DNA from: Octopus vulgaris
Lineage: Eukaryota
NCBI GenBank assembly: GCA_951406725.2
Contig: OX597827.1
Coordinates: 40,672,001-40,736,000, forward strand
DNA length: 64,000 bases
Direction of reading: 5' to 3'
Part shown: positions 23,058 to 37,049 of the stretch, one piece after another
Numbering within the stretch: the stretch's first letter is position 1
Layout: each line of letters begins with the position of its first letter
Made by a program: the position numbers and the translations under genes
Notes under the pieces: generated by a model
Told to the model about the DNA's origin: nothing
Databases searched by the model: none
What the model saw: the letters and a program-made list of their open reading frames with translations, nothing else

Positions 23058-23230
23058 CTTGCATATATATATGTATATATATGTATATATATATACATAT
23101 ATGTATATATATATACATATATGTATGTATGTATATATATATACATACATACATGCATATATATATGTATATATATATACATATATGTATATATACATAT
23201 ATGTATATATATATATATATGTATGTATGC

Positions 23231-23302
<72 letters not shown>

Positions 23303-24014
23303 CCATATATATATACAGAAAGAGAGAGAGAGCAAGAGGGCGAGAGAGAGATTTATAAACCGTTAATAGAGTAAAAAATAGAAAAATCATAAAATAGATA
23401 AACAAACACAGATATAACGATAAATAAATAAACAAACAACTATTAGCTCTTCCCCACCCCGCCCCACCCCACCCTCTTCCTTTTTTTTTTTTTTACTTAA
23501 CATAGTTAATCTTGAGATTAGCTTGACCATTTAGATGATGTCTTTACGATCAAACTCGCTGGTAAAACATGTTGGCAACAAGCGGCGTTAGCGAATAAAT
23601 GAGCTAACAATTGCATTATGAGACATTTAGCTTTTCGTCTCTGCTATCGTATTTGTTTCATTTGCTGTTATTTACTCACATGTTACTACAAAACAAAAAC
23701 AAAAAAAATTAGCGTGTGTCTATGTATATTTGATACTTGTAATTTTGTTTGCTTTTTCTTCCTCGCTTTCCTTTTCTTTCTTTCCTTATCATTATGGTCT
23801 CTGGTTTTTTGCCATTTCCGCCATAACTCTCATATGCCTAACGCCATTTTTTAAAGTTTTGTTTTGTTACGTTCTATTGTTGTTGTTGCTGCTGCTGCTA
23901 CTACTATTGCTGTTAATCTTGTAGTTAAGCATTCCTGTTAATGTTTTTGTTGTTTTGCTACAGCATCCTTGCACTGCGATGACTTTTATAGTACAACTGA
24001 TTATGAATATATAA

Positions 24015-24137
<123 letters not shown>

Positions 24138-24814
24138 AAGAAAAAAAAGAAAGAGTGAGGAAAGTCTATCATAAGCTGTTATACAAGTACAAACAGCAAA
24201 CTTGAAGACTGTGGTACTCGTACCATATTTTTTATTAAATAAAAGCATCAAAACTTACATGTTTTTTGAAATGTGTTCTGTCTTCCAACGAACAAGCTTG
24301 ATACCGAGTGGCAAGCTTTGAGACATAATTTGGCTGCCAAGTCAACCAATTCTTCAATGGTTGCTGTTCTTAATCCTTGTATATTTGTGTGGTTGTCTGG
24401 GTAGTATTTATTTTTGGCATATTCCAACAGGAAGGAATAATTAACGGCTACATCATTAGACCTTGGAGGCCGTACACAAAATGATCTTCGGCGCTCTGTC
24501 AAGTACTGCTAGATGCTCGATTAACCACGCTCTAGTTAAGTTGGTAAATGAAGTGCAGGGAGCCCCGATCATGCTGGAGAATACATAACGACACTTCCGT
24601 GCCTGTAAAGTTTATCTCAAACATGCAAAGATTCCTAATAGCACTGCCAGGCCAGAGATTTTGGGAAGTTATCCATCGGTCCAGGACCGAAAGTCCTCTG
24701 GAAAAGAGCGTCTAGCTGATCTTCAACGCCCATAGTTACGCCAAGAACGTCGTCGCACTTTTCCTCCTTTAATCCTCTATAAAAAGCTAAAGTGGACGTT
24801 CTGCCTATCGTAGT

Positions 24815-27318
24815 GTCCGATGGTGGAAAAGAAGAATCCAGGCATGGTTAGACATGCTCTTGAAGGAAATCTCCGTGTTAGACCGAAAAGAGAAAGGGGA
24901 GTTTAACAGCGAACAAAAATACAGGGCGCTGAAAAGGAAGTATAATATTGAAAGAAAGGGCCTGAAAGTAGTAGTGGCGGAACTGAAACAGCGCCTCGTT
25001 GCAAAGAAAGCAAAGATGGTACGATACGACCAAAGAATGAAGGTTATTCCAGAACAGGTTATTCAGAGTAGGTCAGAAAAGATTCTATAAAGAAATAAAA
25101 GGGGGATGTACTGATGGAAAGTTGATACCAGATAACATTGAAAGTCAAAGGTTTTGGAGTGACATCTGGAGCAAAGACAAGGAGCACAAGCAGGATGCTG
25201 AATGGTTGCAAGAGCTGAAACAAACAGTAGTTTATTCAAAACAGGCAGAACTAGTCATTTCAGTTAGGGAAGTGAAGGAAATCAGCAAAAAATGAAAAAC
25301 TGGAAGGCCCCAGGACCAGATGCAGTTCAAAGCTACTGGATCAAAAGATTAAGTGAATGTTATGCACGAATAACTGCACAACTCAACACCTTGTTAGATG
25401 ACGACCAAGGAACACCAGAGTGGTTGACATTGGGTAGGACAGTGCTATGCCTGAAAAACATCGAAAAAAGCAATACGGTAGACAATTACAGGCCGTTATC
25501 CTATTTGCCACTTATGTGGAAGTTATTGACTGGAATACACGCAGAGTCAATGTACAAACACTAGAAAAAAATGGAGTCCTGCCTCATGAGCAGAAAGCTT
25601 GCAAGCGTAAGTGCAGAGGTACCAAGGATCAACTTCTGATAGATAAAACTGTACTCATAGACTGCAAGAGGAGTAAAAGTAACTTAACCATGTCATGGTT
25701 CGACTATCGTAAGGCGTACGATATGATCCCACATTCATGGATTATGGAGTGTATGAACTTGTTTGGGATTGCATCGAATGTTGAGTGATTGCTTGGAAAA
25801 AGTATGGCGAGTTGGAGGACGGATCTGACATACGGAAGAAGTTTAGGGACAGTAGAAATCAGGAGGGGCATCTTCCAAGGGGACTGCCTGTCCCCACTGA
25901 TCTTTGTACTGTCCTTGATACCACTGACATTGATTCTGAGGAAAGTAACAGCTGGATATATCTTCAAAAGCCGCCAACAAAAAGTCAACCATTTGTTATT
26001 CATGGATGACCTCAAACTTTATGGTAAAGATGAAGCCCAAGTCAGTTCCCTTGTTGATACGGTGTATACTTTCAGTACTGATATCAGAATGGAGTTCGGA
26101 CTGAAAAAGTGTGGTGTGTTAGTCTTGAAGAGAGGCAAAACCAAATGTATGGACGGGCTAACGGTACCGTCGGGGGAGGTTATGAAGCAGATAGAAGAGA
26201 CGGGCCATAAGTTATTGGGGATCTTGGAAATGGATAAATTGATGGAGAAAGAAATGACAGAAAAGTTTAAGGTGGAGTACTTACGCAGACTGAGACTGAT
26301 CCTTAATTTGAAATTAAACGAATGGAATAAGATTGAAGCAATCAACACCTAGGTGGTTTCACTCCTTAAATATGGAGTAGGGGTAATCGCATGGACAGTA
26401 GATGAACTAAACAGCTTAAACAGAAAAATAAGGAAATTGCTAACTAGACATAGGACACTCCACCCAAAAAGTGACACAGACAGACTGTATGTACCAAGAA
26501 AAAGAGGGAGGAGAGTACTTATTGGGTGCGAACACAGCATTAGAGTAGAAGAAAACAACATAGCATGGTATGTAAAAAATGCTACAGAACCGTAATTATT
26601 AGAATTAGGAAGGTCAGGCTTGTTTAGGATGAAAGATTGCAAAGATAAAGCACTATACAAGAAATTGAAAACGAAAGAAACTGAAAATAGGTGGGTAAAG
26701 AAAAGAATGCATGGGCAATTTCATAGAGATGTCGAAGATAAGACAGACAGAGAAAAACGATGGCTGTGAATGGCTAAAAGTGATTTAAAACCGGAAGCGG
26801 AGGCTCTAATCTGTGCTGCCCAAGAGCAAGCACTTAAAACAAACTACATAAAATACAGAATAGACAACACATCAGAAAGTGATAAATGCAGAATTTGTGG
26901 ACAAAATGGTGAAACCACATGGCATATTACCAGCCAATGTACCCCACTAGCCCAGAAGGAATATAAGAGACGCCACGACAATATAGCCAGGCTTGTCCAT
27001 TGGACACTTTGCAACAAGTATGGACTTGACAGAGCAAAAGATTGGTACGATCACAAACCTGAAGGCATTGTCAAAAATAGAAATGCAAAGATCATATGAG
27101 ATTTTATGATCCAGTGCGACCATGAGGTGGTTGAGAACAGGAAGCCGGACATAGTCTTAATTGAGAAAGAAAACAAACTATGCTGGATCATAGACATAGC
27201 ATGCCCAGCTGACAACAAGGTATGCGATAAGAGAGAAAGAAAAGTTGAGAGATATGACAGGTTAGCTTGGGAAGTTAAGCAGTTGTGGTCGATGAAAAAG
27301 GTAGCAGCAGTACCGATA
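24815..27318 (+). pseudogene. Decayed R4/Dong-clade non-LTR retrotransposon (RT, CCHC knuckle, restriction-like endonuclease)
   Basis: [111 protein letters not shown]. Multiple stops and frameshifts. Confidence 0.93.
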
Positions 27319-27812
27319 AACTTGATGCTTTGGGAACCAGACAAAAATTGCTGCAGCTCGGCTGGGATGTATTACCCCCACCCTCCATATTCACCAGATA
27401 TTGCTCCTTCGGATTTCCACTTATTCAGATCTCTGCAGAATAGTCTTAATGGTAAAAATTTCAATTCCTTGGATGACGTAAAAAGACACCTTGAGGAATT
27501 CTTTGCCATGAAACAACCTCAATTCTGGGAAAAGGGTATTTTCAAGTTAAATGAAAGATGGAGACGCATTGTGCAACAACATGGTTCATATTTGGTTGAT
27601 TAAAAATGTAATGGTTAGAGCCTTATTGGACCTAAAGGGTTACATAATTAACACAGGTTATAGGAACATAAACCTTCTTCCACGAAAAGATAGCTTAAAC
27701 TGTGCTCTAAATGGGGGTGTAGTCAAATCCTATTTTATGGATTCAACCATGTTCTAAATTAAGTCAAAAGTTAAGCTGCTATAAATCGGCACGAACTTTC
27801 CGGACAACCCAA
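27319..27812 (+). mobile_element. Mariner (DD34D-type) 3' fragment with TIR
   Basis: PHPPYSPDIAPSDFHLFRSLQNSL...GIFKLNERWRRIV, stop at 27603. Terminus GAACTTTCCGGACAACCCAA|TA. Confidence 0.88.
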
Positions 27813-28037
27813 TATTTTTCAAAGATTGAGGGGCTTCAACCAAGCAGAAAAACTTTTTAAAGTCTTTAATGAGTTTTACGAATCAGACCTTTAAGGAGAG
27901 AGAGAGAAAAAAACCAAAAAAAACAAACAGAGCAAAAGTATACGAAAGAGTTTTTTAATGTTTAGCAAATGATTCCTGAATATTCTTTGATGACGTTTTG
28001 TATTGGAGATAGTAACAAATTCTTTCTTTTTTTACAG

Positions 28038-28112
28038 AATAAATATAAAGATTTGAAACAAAACCATCATCTACAGAGGAATTTTGCCAGAGAAGAGCAA
28101 GAATTGGAGAGG
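28038..28112 (+). CDS. Candidate internal coding exon (75 bp, phase 0-0): NKYKDLKQNHHLQRNFAREEQELER, gene unidentified
   Basis: Branch-like TAGTAAC, polypyrimidine tract TTCTTTCTTTTTTTACAG acceptor, 25 open codons in non-repetitive sequence, donor AGG|GTATAA. Confidence 0.5.
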
Positions 28113-28585
28113 GTATAAAGATTGAATGGGGGAGAGAGAAGAGAGAGAGAGAGAGAAATGAAGGAAAGAAAAGAGAGAAAGAAAGGGGAGAGAGAGGGAG
28201 AAAATGGAAGATAGAGAGTGGGAATAAGATCCAGAAAGAAAGTAGAGAAGAGATAAATGAAGGATAAAGAAAGAGAGAAAGAGAAGGAAAAAAGGAAGAG
28301 GAAGAAGAAAAGAGAGAGAGAAAAGAAGGGGAGAGAGAAGGGGAAGAGAGAGATAGAGAAAAAGAGGGGACGAGAAGGACAGAAAGAGAAGAGATAAAAA
28401 GAGAACGAAAGAGAGTGAAAGGGAGGGAGAGAGAGAGGGGGAAGAGAGAGGGAGAGATTGTGATGCTGTTAAAAGCCGTAAATTAAAGTGTCATTCTGTT
28501 TACAATTTTTTCGTTTACTTAACCTTTACACACAACTCTTTCTCTCCCTCGAACCCCGACTCTAATTTCGTCATTGTCCTGCTTG

Positions 28586-28617
<32 letters not shown>

Positions 28618-28744
28618 AGTAGTAGTGGTAATGGTAGTGGTGGTGGGGTGAGTGGAAATGATGACAGTTATGTTCGTGGTAGCAGTAGTCGTGGAAGTGC
28701 TGATATTGCGGTTGTTGTTGTTGTTTTGTTGTTAAACTCCGGAG

Positions 28745-29070
28745 CGCGAAGGTACCTGACTTAGCGGTTAGAGTATTCGGATCACGATCGTAAGGTTGTG
28801 AGATCGATTTCCAGCGACACTTTATGTCTTTGAGCAACGCACTTTATTTCACGTTGCGCTCCAGTCCATTCAGTTGGCAAAAATGAGTTGTACCTGTAAT
28901 TCAAAGGGCCGGCCTTGTCATATTTTGTGTCAGGCTGGATCTCCACGAGAGCTATGTTAAGGGTACGAGTGTCTGTGGAGTACTCAGCCACATGCAAGTT
29001 AATTTCACGAGCAGGCTGTTGCGTTGATCGGATCAATTGGAACCTTCGTCGTTGTAACTGACGGAGCGCC
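28745..29070 (+). mobile_element. SINE family D, tail type 2
   Basis: Shares head and core with the 15722 copy. Tail TACCTGTAATTCAAAGGGCC...GTCGTTGTAACTGACGGAG as in 39905-40215 and 45847-46150. Confidence 0.75.
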
Positions 29071-29087
29071 AGATGAAACAGCTCCTG

Positions 29088-29152
<65 letters not shown>

Positions 29153-29404
29153 CCAAACCGGTTAATGTCAAGTAAGTCAGCGTCGAATCAGCGACGCCAA
29201 ACAGGCGGCACCAAAATGGCTATACCAAAACATCTCGTAACCTTCAGGATATGCATCCATCTCAACAGTTTTATTAGATTCAGTATAGAATGTCCACAAC
29301 AAAATAATACGAGACTTTTAAATAGTATTGCTCATTGAACAACCAGAAATAAACAAACAAGATAATGAAAAAAATCAAATGAATTTATCGAAGCAGAACA
29401 TAGT

Positions 29405-29642
29405 AATACCTATTTCTCTACTACCCACAAGGGGCTAAACATAGAGGGGACAAACAAGGACAGACAAAGGGATTAAGTCGATTAGATCAACCCCAGTGCG
29501 TAACTGGTACTTAATTTATCGACCTCGAAAGGATGAAAGGCAAAGTCGACCTCGGCGGAATTTGAACTCGGAACGTAACGGCAGACGAAATACGGCTGCG
29601 CATTTCGCCCGGCGTGCTAACGTTTCTGCCAGCTCACCGCCT
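29405..29642 (-). mobile_element. SINE family A, full length
   Basis: Reverse complement of the 968 family, ending GAAATAGGTATT. Confidence 0.9.
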
Positions 29643-29869
29643 TTATAAATTATATAATTTATAATACCGTTTATAATTTAATATGATGTGTAGGTGTTTC
29701 TATACAAGAGGAGGTTAATGGTTAAAGATAGGACATAGTGGTTTATGGTTGGATGTATCTATCTACACGCCTGAAGGATTTAGGCTATCGACAAAACACT
29801 GACCGGGTACTCTCTCAGTTTTAACTCTTTAACTCCGAAATTAAATTTTATAGTCATTCCAGTAATGAT

Positions 29870-29981
29870 GCTAAAATAGAGCATCCAGTAAAATAGAGAG
29901 GTACCTTTTGCATCCAGTAAAATAGAGAGGTACCTTTTGCATCCAGTAAAATAGAGAGGTACCAGTAAAATAGAGAGGTAC
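29870..29981. repeat. Short tandem repeat, 29-bp unit (GCATCCAGTAAAATAGAGAGGTACCTTTT), about 3-4 copies
   Basis: Directly visible. Confidence 0.85.
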
Positions 29982-30431
29982 AGTTTGCAAGTCATGTTGT
30001 CTCAATAAACTTGACATATCTCAACAAAACTAGTTTCAAACATAAAATTCCCCCGCAAAAAAGATAGGTTGGTGTATAAAACTGCTTTCCCCAGTTAAAA
30101 TTATGACATTTTTAGTGGACATATGTGCTTGACAAAGTAAAAGGATTAATATTCAATTTTGCCTCCTACACGGGAAATTGAACTCACGACCTTACTATCG
30201 ACATCCGAGTTGCCTAACCACTAAACCATGCACTTTCTCGTAAAAAAAAAAGGCAGCCTTCTTTTCATTCTTATTATCATATAATAACAGTAATCTTTAA
30301 TTTTATGGCAAAGTAAGCATCATTAAAGTTAATGTAGTGAAACAAAGAACATAAATGAGATCTGCAGTGATCTATCTATCTATCACAGCTCGTGAGCTGA
30401 AACTAGATAAAATGAAAATGAAAAATGAAAT

Positions 30432-30833
30432 TGGCTGTGTGGTAAGTAGCTTGCTTACTAACCACATGGTTCCGGGTTCAGTCCCATTGCGTGGCATCTT
30501 GGGCAAGTGTCTTCTGCTATAGCCTCGGGCCGACCAATGCCTTGTGAGTGGATTTGGTAGACGGAAACTGAAAGAAGCCTGTCGTATATATGTATATATA
30601 TATATATGTATGTGTGTGTATATGTTTGTGTGTCTGTGTTTGTCCTTCTAGCATTGCTTGACAACCGATGCTGGTGTGTTTACGTCCCCGGAACTTAGCG
30701 GTTCGGCAAAAGAGACCGATAGAATAAGTACTGGGCTTACAAAGAATGAGTCCCGGGGTCGATTTGCTCGACTAAAGGCGGTGTTCCAGCATGGCCGCAG
30801 TCAAATGACTGAAACAAGTAAAAGAGTAAAGAG
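30432..30833 (+). mobile_element. SINE family B (subfamily B2)
   Basis: Full head-to-tail homology. Diagnostic CTGCTATAGC, CCAATGCC, TAGCATTGC and ACTGGGCTT variants. Confidence 0.9.
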
Positions 30834-30906
30834 TATATGTATGTGTGTGTGTGTGTGTGTGTGCGTGTGTGTACATATAAATACATATATATATACATAT
30901 ACATAC

Positions 30907-30971
<65 letters not shown>

Positions 30972-31135
30972 GTGTGCATATGTGGTCGGATTGAGCTGAA
31001 AATATGCACACCTATGTTAAAAGTTAGCATGCATAGCAACTTTGAGTTTGCTCAAGTGAAATGCATGGCCTCTAAGGTAAAATTCCTCATCTTTTAAAAT
31101 GTGCCTCGCGTAGACCAGAATGAAATCGGGTTATA

Positions 31136-31276
31136 TTAGGTTGTCCCAAAAGTTCGTAAACACTTGCGAAAATTGAATTTTTACTCGCCAAGTACTAACA
31201 AAAACAACAAAAATTATTCCTCAAAATAAAGACCATTTATTTCCAAGACTTTCTACGAACTTTTGGGACAACCTTA
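31136..31276. mobile_element. Mariner-type MITE
   Basis: TIRs TTAGGTTGTCCCAAAAGTTCGTA and TACGAACTTTTGGGACAACCTTA, flanked by TA. TIR resembles the one at 27790-27812. Confidence 0.85.
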
Positions 31277-31702
31277 TAATACCGGAACAAGTAAAACAAT
31301 AATAAACTATTTTAATCACGAGCAAGGCCGGGTATATATGTCTAATGTATAAAATGAAGAAGGCGAACGTTGATACAAATTGGATTTTTATGTAAAAAGG
31401 GGTCTAAATGGGGCTGGAAAGGGATTAAAATTTACAGGAGGGGGTAACTTGAGGTAAGAAATTGATTGGCAGACATTCTGGGGCGTTACAGTGGTTGCTT
31501 TGGTGTGAAAACAGGGATTTTATTGATTTGGGGGGACACTTGAGGGTCTAGATTTAACACTTTTCGCCCGATTTCAATCTAATTTTCCACAGTGGAAGCC
31601 GATTTGTAATTTAAGCGCGGAAATCTAATTTTGAATAAATGGGAGAGAGATAGATAGATAGAGAAAGATAGCGAGTAAGAGAAAGTGAGGTAGAGTCCGA
31701 GA

Positions 31703-32580
31703 GAACCGCTAGGTTATTTTGTCGATCTCCTTTGGCAAACCGCTAACTTATTTTATCTATATCCTTTGGCGAAACGCTAAGTTATTTTATCGACTCCTTT
31801 GGCGAACCGCTTTGTTATTTTATCGATCTCCTTTGGTGAACCACTTTGTTATTTTATCGATTTCCTTTGGCGAAACGCCAAGTTATTTTATCGATCTCCT
31901 TGATACCGGCTAATTAATTTTAACGATCGTGTTTGGCGAACCGCTATGTTATTTTATCGATATTCTTTTGCTAACTGCTAAGTTATTTTATCGATCACGT
32001 TTGGTGAACTGCCAGGTAATTTTATCGATTCCTTTGGCGAAACACTAAGTTATTTAATCGATTTCCTTTGGTGAACCGCTAAGTTAATTTATCGAACGCA
32101 TTTGGCGAACCTCTATGTTATGTTATCCATCTCGTTTGGCGAACCGCTAAGTAATTTGATCGATCTCTTTTGGCGAAAAGCTAAGTTGTTTTATCGATCT
32201 TGTTTGGCGAAACGCTTATTTCATCGATTTCATTTGGCGAAACACTAAGTTATTTTATTGATTACCTTTGGCGAATCGATAAGTGCTTCTACCGATTCCG
32301 AATGGCGAACTGCTAAGTGATTTTATCGATGTTCTTTAGCGAACAGCTAAGTTATTTTATCGGTCACGTTAGGCGAAACTCTAGGTTATATTATCGATCT
32401 CCTTTGGCGAACCGCTAAGATATTTTATCGAACTCGATTGGCGAACCGCTAAGTTATATTATCGATAACGTTTGGCGAATCGCTAAGTTATTTTATCGTC
32501 TCCTTTCGCGAAACGCTAAGTTATTTTATTGATATCCTTAGGCGAACCGCTATGTTACTTTATTGATCGCATTTGGCAAA
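31703..32580. repeat. 34-bp minisatellite (about 26 copies) derived from a SINE B internal segment
   Basis: Consensus GTTATTTTATCGATCTCCTTTGGCGAACCGCTAA versus SINE B reverse complement TTATTCTATCGGT.T.TTTTGCCGAACCGCTAAG. Confidence 0.9.
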
Positions 32581-32854
32581 CTTCATGAGCAATACCGATA
32601 TAGTTACCACCACAAATCATCACCGTGACCACCATCACCACCAATCCCGCTAACATTATAATCATCACCACCACCAATTAACGTCGTCATTTTATCACGA
32701 ACATCACTGGCATTACCGTCAACGCTAATACCGCCATACCATCATCGTCGTCATCGACGTCGTCATCATCATCATCGTTGTCATCGTCACCACAACTGTC
32801 ATTCTCCATCATCACCATTACTACTACCACCACAAACGTCATCATCAGCATCTT

Positions 32855-32889
<35 letters not shown>

Positions 32890-33104
32890 CATCTCATCAT
32901 CATCATCATCCGCAGCAGCATCTTATCATCATCATCATCATCATCTTCATCATCACCATCATCCTCGTCGTCATCAATATTATCGTCATCATTATCATCA
33001 TCCTCACCACCACAACCACCATCATCATCAACACCACTATCACCATCATCGTCATCATCATCATCACCACTACCGTGACCTCCAGTCTAACAGCGTGTAA
33101 CTTG

Positions 33105-33141
<37 letters not shown>

Positions 33142-33473
33142 CCTCTCTCTCTCTTTCTCTGAGCACCTGTTTAAATAAGTATGGAAAGTTGTTTATTTTC
33201 AGACATAAGATGTAAATCGTGGGGCTGGCAAGGAGACGGGGCGGGGGTGTGATTGGTAGGAGGGAGTTACGACGATGCTGATAGCAGTGGATGTAGTTAT
33301 AGTGGTGGTGGAGGCGGTGGTATTTTGCAGGATCGGTGTGTAAGTGCGACGGAGAGAAAGTAAACATATACCCACCTACCACCACTACCCACACCACACC
33401 ACACACGAGCTTATGTATGCGTGTATTGTGTGTATATGTACGTACTTGTTTTGGCACACACACACACACACAA

Positions 33474-33532
<59 letters not shown>

Positions 33533-33577
33533 TATATATACATATGCATATATATACATATGCATATATATATATAT

Positions 33578-33745
33578 TCTTTTATTATTTTAGTTGTTTC
33601 AGTCATTTGATTGCGGTCATGCTGGAGTACAGCCTTTAATCGAACGAACGAATCCACCCCACAACTTATACTTTGTAAGCCTGGTACTTATTCTATCGGT
33701 ATCTTTTGCCGAACCGCTAAATTTCGGGGACGTAAACACATACAA

Positions 33746-33795
<50 letters not shown>

Positions 33796-33977
33796 ACACA
33801 CAAATATATATATACGACGGGCTTCTTTCAGTTTCCGTCAATCAATTCCACTCAGAAGGCTTTGGTCGGCTCGAGGTTATGGTAGAAAACACTTGCCCAA
33901 GGTGCCATGCAGTGTACTGAACCCAGAACATTATGGTTGGTAAGCAAGCTACTTACCACACAACAACTTCTGCGCCT
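33578..33977 (-). mobile_element. SINE family B
   Basis: Reverse-complement homology over full length. Confidence 0.85.
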
Positions 33978-33988
33978 ATGTATGTATC

Positions 33989-34049
<61 letters not shown>

Positions 34050-34209
34050 GTGTGTATGTATATATATATTTATATATCCATACATATATACATATATATA
34101 TACGTATATATACATATACATTAATATGTATATGTGTATATATATATATATCATGTACAGAGAGAGAAAGAGAGAGACACACACATATATATTTATGTAC
34201 TTCTGTATG

Positions 34210-34241
<32 letters not shown>

Positions 34242-34696
34242 TGCATGAAATTTATGCATGTGTATTTGCGGGTCTGTGTGACGGAGAACGGTTACAAAAC
34301 GTTTATTGGGGCAGGTGCAGAGTAGACAACACTTTCTCTTAGTGTTTTCTTCGCTGTTAAAAGTTTAAACAAAACAAACATGGCGTCGATGACGTACAGG
34401 AGTTAAGGGTCTTCAACGTATGGACCTGTGTGTGGTGTGCCCGGGTGCTGAGTTGGACGAACCGAGGGCTTTGTAATGGGAGGCAACTGATAGATTGGTT
34501 GGGATAATTTTGTACGTACGTATGTATGTATGTATGTATGTATGTATGTATGTATGTATGTATGTATGTATGTATGTATGTGTACGTTCGTGTTTGTGTG
34601 TGTTTGTGTGTATGTTTGTATATATATAGCTATATATATGTATATATATATTTGCATATATACATATGTACATATATACATGCATATACACACACA

Positions 34697-34788
<92 letters not shown>

Positions 34789-34917
34789 TATATATATACT
34801 TACATACGTACATATACACACATTATTTGTCTCTCAATCTCCCTAAGTCTACACACACATACGCGCACTCACACACACAAAGAAATAGGGTGTTTAAATA
34901 AGTTTAAATAAGATGGA

Positions 34918-34953
<36 letters not shown>

Positions 34954-34964
34954 CATACATATAC

Positions 34965-35020
<56 letters not shown>

Positions 35021-35145
35021 CAGAAATAACTCTTATAAACACGGAAGACATCAACCTAGTCTTCAGTCAAACCGATATGTATTCTGATATATATATATAT
35101 ATATATATCCATCCATCTAACACTATTTCTTTGTGTGCGTGCGCG

Positions 35146-35221
<76 letters not shown>

Positions 35222-35753
35222 TGTGAACAGACAGTCAGGCAGATAGATATACAGAGAGGTAGATCGAAAGAGGGTTAGACACATACGTAATACATACACA
35301 GATATGCAAATAAATAAATAAAAACAAGGCGAAGCCCCAGCATGGCCGCAGTCTAACGACTGAAACAAGCATAAGAATAAAAGAATAAATGAATAAATAA
35401 ATAAATTGCTCGATTTACTGGCGAGGCACTTGGTCACCACCCACCATCACTGACTGTACCCTAATCAGCTTATTAAACAAACAGCAATAGCGAGAGAAAC
35501 GTTGGTGTTAATTGAAATGTCAAGTTGACAATTGAGCAGACATACACAGTTTTGTAAGGAAAAACTGTGCGGCTCACATTTAAGTAATGTTAATGTTATG
35601 TTTTCGTTGCTTGGATTTGTTAGTCTTGTAAACTGTGCCCCAATCGTTTGGTGATTCCTTCGCTGAGGTGTTTATAGGAATTTGTTGTTGGTTTCACGCG
35701 AAATAAAGTGTTTGTGGTGTTGGTGTCGGAGGTGGTGGTGGTGGTGGTGGTAC

Positions 35754-35784
<31 letters not shown>

Positions 35785-36044
35785 TCTAATGGGAAGACTG
35801 AGGTGACTTTTATAGGCGTTCTGCTGCCCTTGTTTTTAAGAGTTCAAAACGCAATCCCGAATGAACAAGGGGGGGGGGAGACCCCACCGCCACCAAAAAG
35901 TGTGTGTGTGTGTACGGAGGGGAGTGTAGATTTCGTGTCGAGCTCTTAAGTTTTAACTGCTTCAAACGAACGGAACCTCTAAGTGGTTGTTTGACATGCT
36001 AGAAAGGGAGTAGTCAAATATATTTGAAAACGTTTAAAGAATAA

Positions 36045-36620
36045 AAATAATGAAAACATACGCACACAAACAAAAATACAAGAGAAATTCCCCCAAAGTG
36101 GGGGAGACCTCCAACGGCTATTCGTAGAAAATTTCCAAAACCCCACCACCCTGACTAGTAAGGTATAAAAGAACTGCTCTCACCTGTCCTCCACCAATCT
36201 ACAGGCAGGTGTTCACATAGGCCTCTTTCACTTGAACCATGTTTGTCATTTGCATCCACCTTTCAACAAAGTCGCTGGGAGGAAACACTTTCCTTCCACC
36301 CTAAATTTCCTTTTCAAAAGAAACTTGAAAAATTTGATGACGACTTGGTTGAAGAAGGAGTCTCTCTTCAGCCCTTTCAAGTTTGTCCGCCATTCAACCA
36401 CTTCTGCCAAGATCGCCAGGTAAATAGAATCCACCTGCTCTTACTGGTAAAAGGAAGGTGGTGGAATGGACTCAGCTGATAATCGGAACTATCTTACACG
36501 TAACTGCAACTTCTCAAGATATCTCCACAAATCGGCAATGCTCGAGCATTGGACGAGAGCACACAGGACGGTTCTGTTGCCTTTGAGCACATCTCAGACA
36601 TGCCTGATTGATGGCACTTG
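36045..36620 (-). mobile_element. L1/Tx1-like LINE 3' fragment (second copy)
   Basis: LAILAEVVEWRTNLKGLKRDSFFNQVVIKFFKFLLKRK aligns with the 3232-3633 peptide. Confidence 0.55.
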
Positions 36621-37049
36621 CGTTTCTGCAAAGTTCATCTGGAATTGGCATTTGTAGTTACATATTAATGGAATAGCTACCAGAAGGTTCAATCATTGTT
36701 ACGTTGTGGTGGCTTTTTTGTCTCAATGATTTTGAGAGCCATGCCAGTGATGGGACAGCTTCTGGTAGGGCCTCTCATGCTGGATAGGTCAATGGATAAA
36801 GATATTTCCCAAGTCATATAGACTATAGGGCTGATTTCCCGGTTTCCGTGGTGCGTATATTTTCCCATGAGCGGGATACCGGCCCGTCAATGGATCACTC
36901 GTTTTTGCCAGCTGAGTGGACTGGAGCAACACAATGCATCGGCCCGATCCAGGAATCAAAACCAAAACCTTACGACCATAAGTCCAACGTCTTAACCACT
37001 AAGCCACGCACCTCAACGCAAAGGATAAAGGCTAGACTAATACGGACCG

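Noticed and set aside
22066-23435. Long Gly/Val/Pro-rich and YI-repeat ORFs (also poly-E at 17853, His-rich at 47308, HT/VC ORFs throughout)
   Set aside because: These are translations of microsatellites open in several frames on both strands, with no domain or splice evidence.
31703-32580. CRISPR-like array (34-bp period)
   Set aside because: Units are contiguous with no unique spacers, derive from a SINE, and there are no cas genes. The context is eukaryotic.
34375-34406. Gene start at AAACATGGCG
   Set aside because: In-frame stop after 8 codons and no good splice donor.
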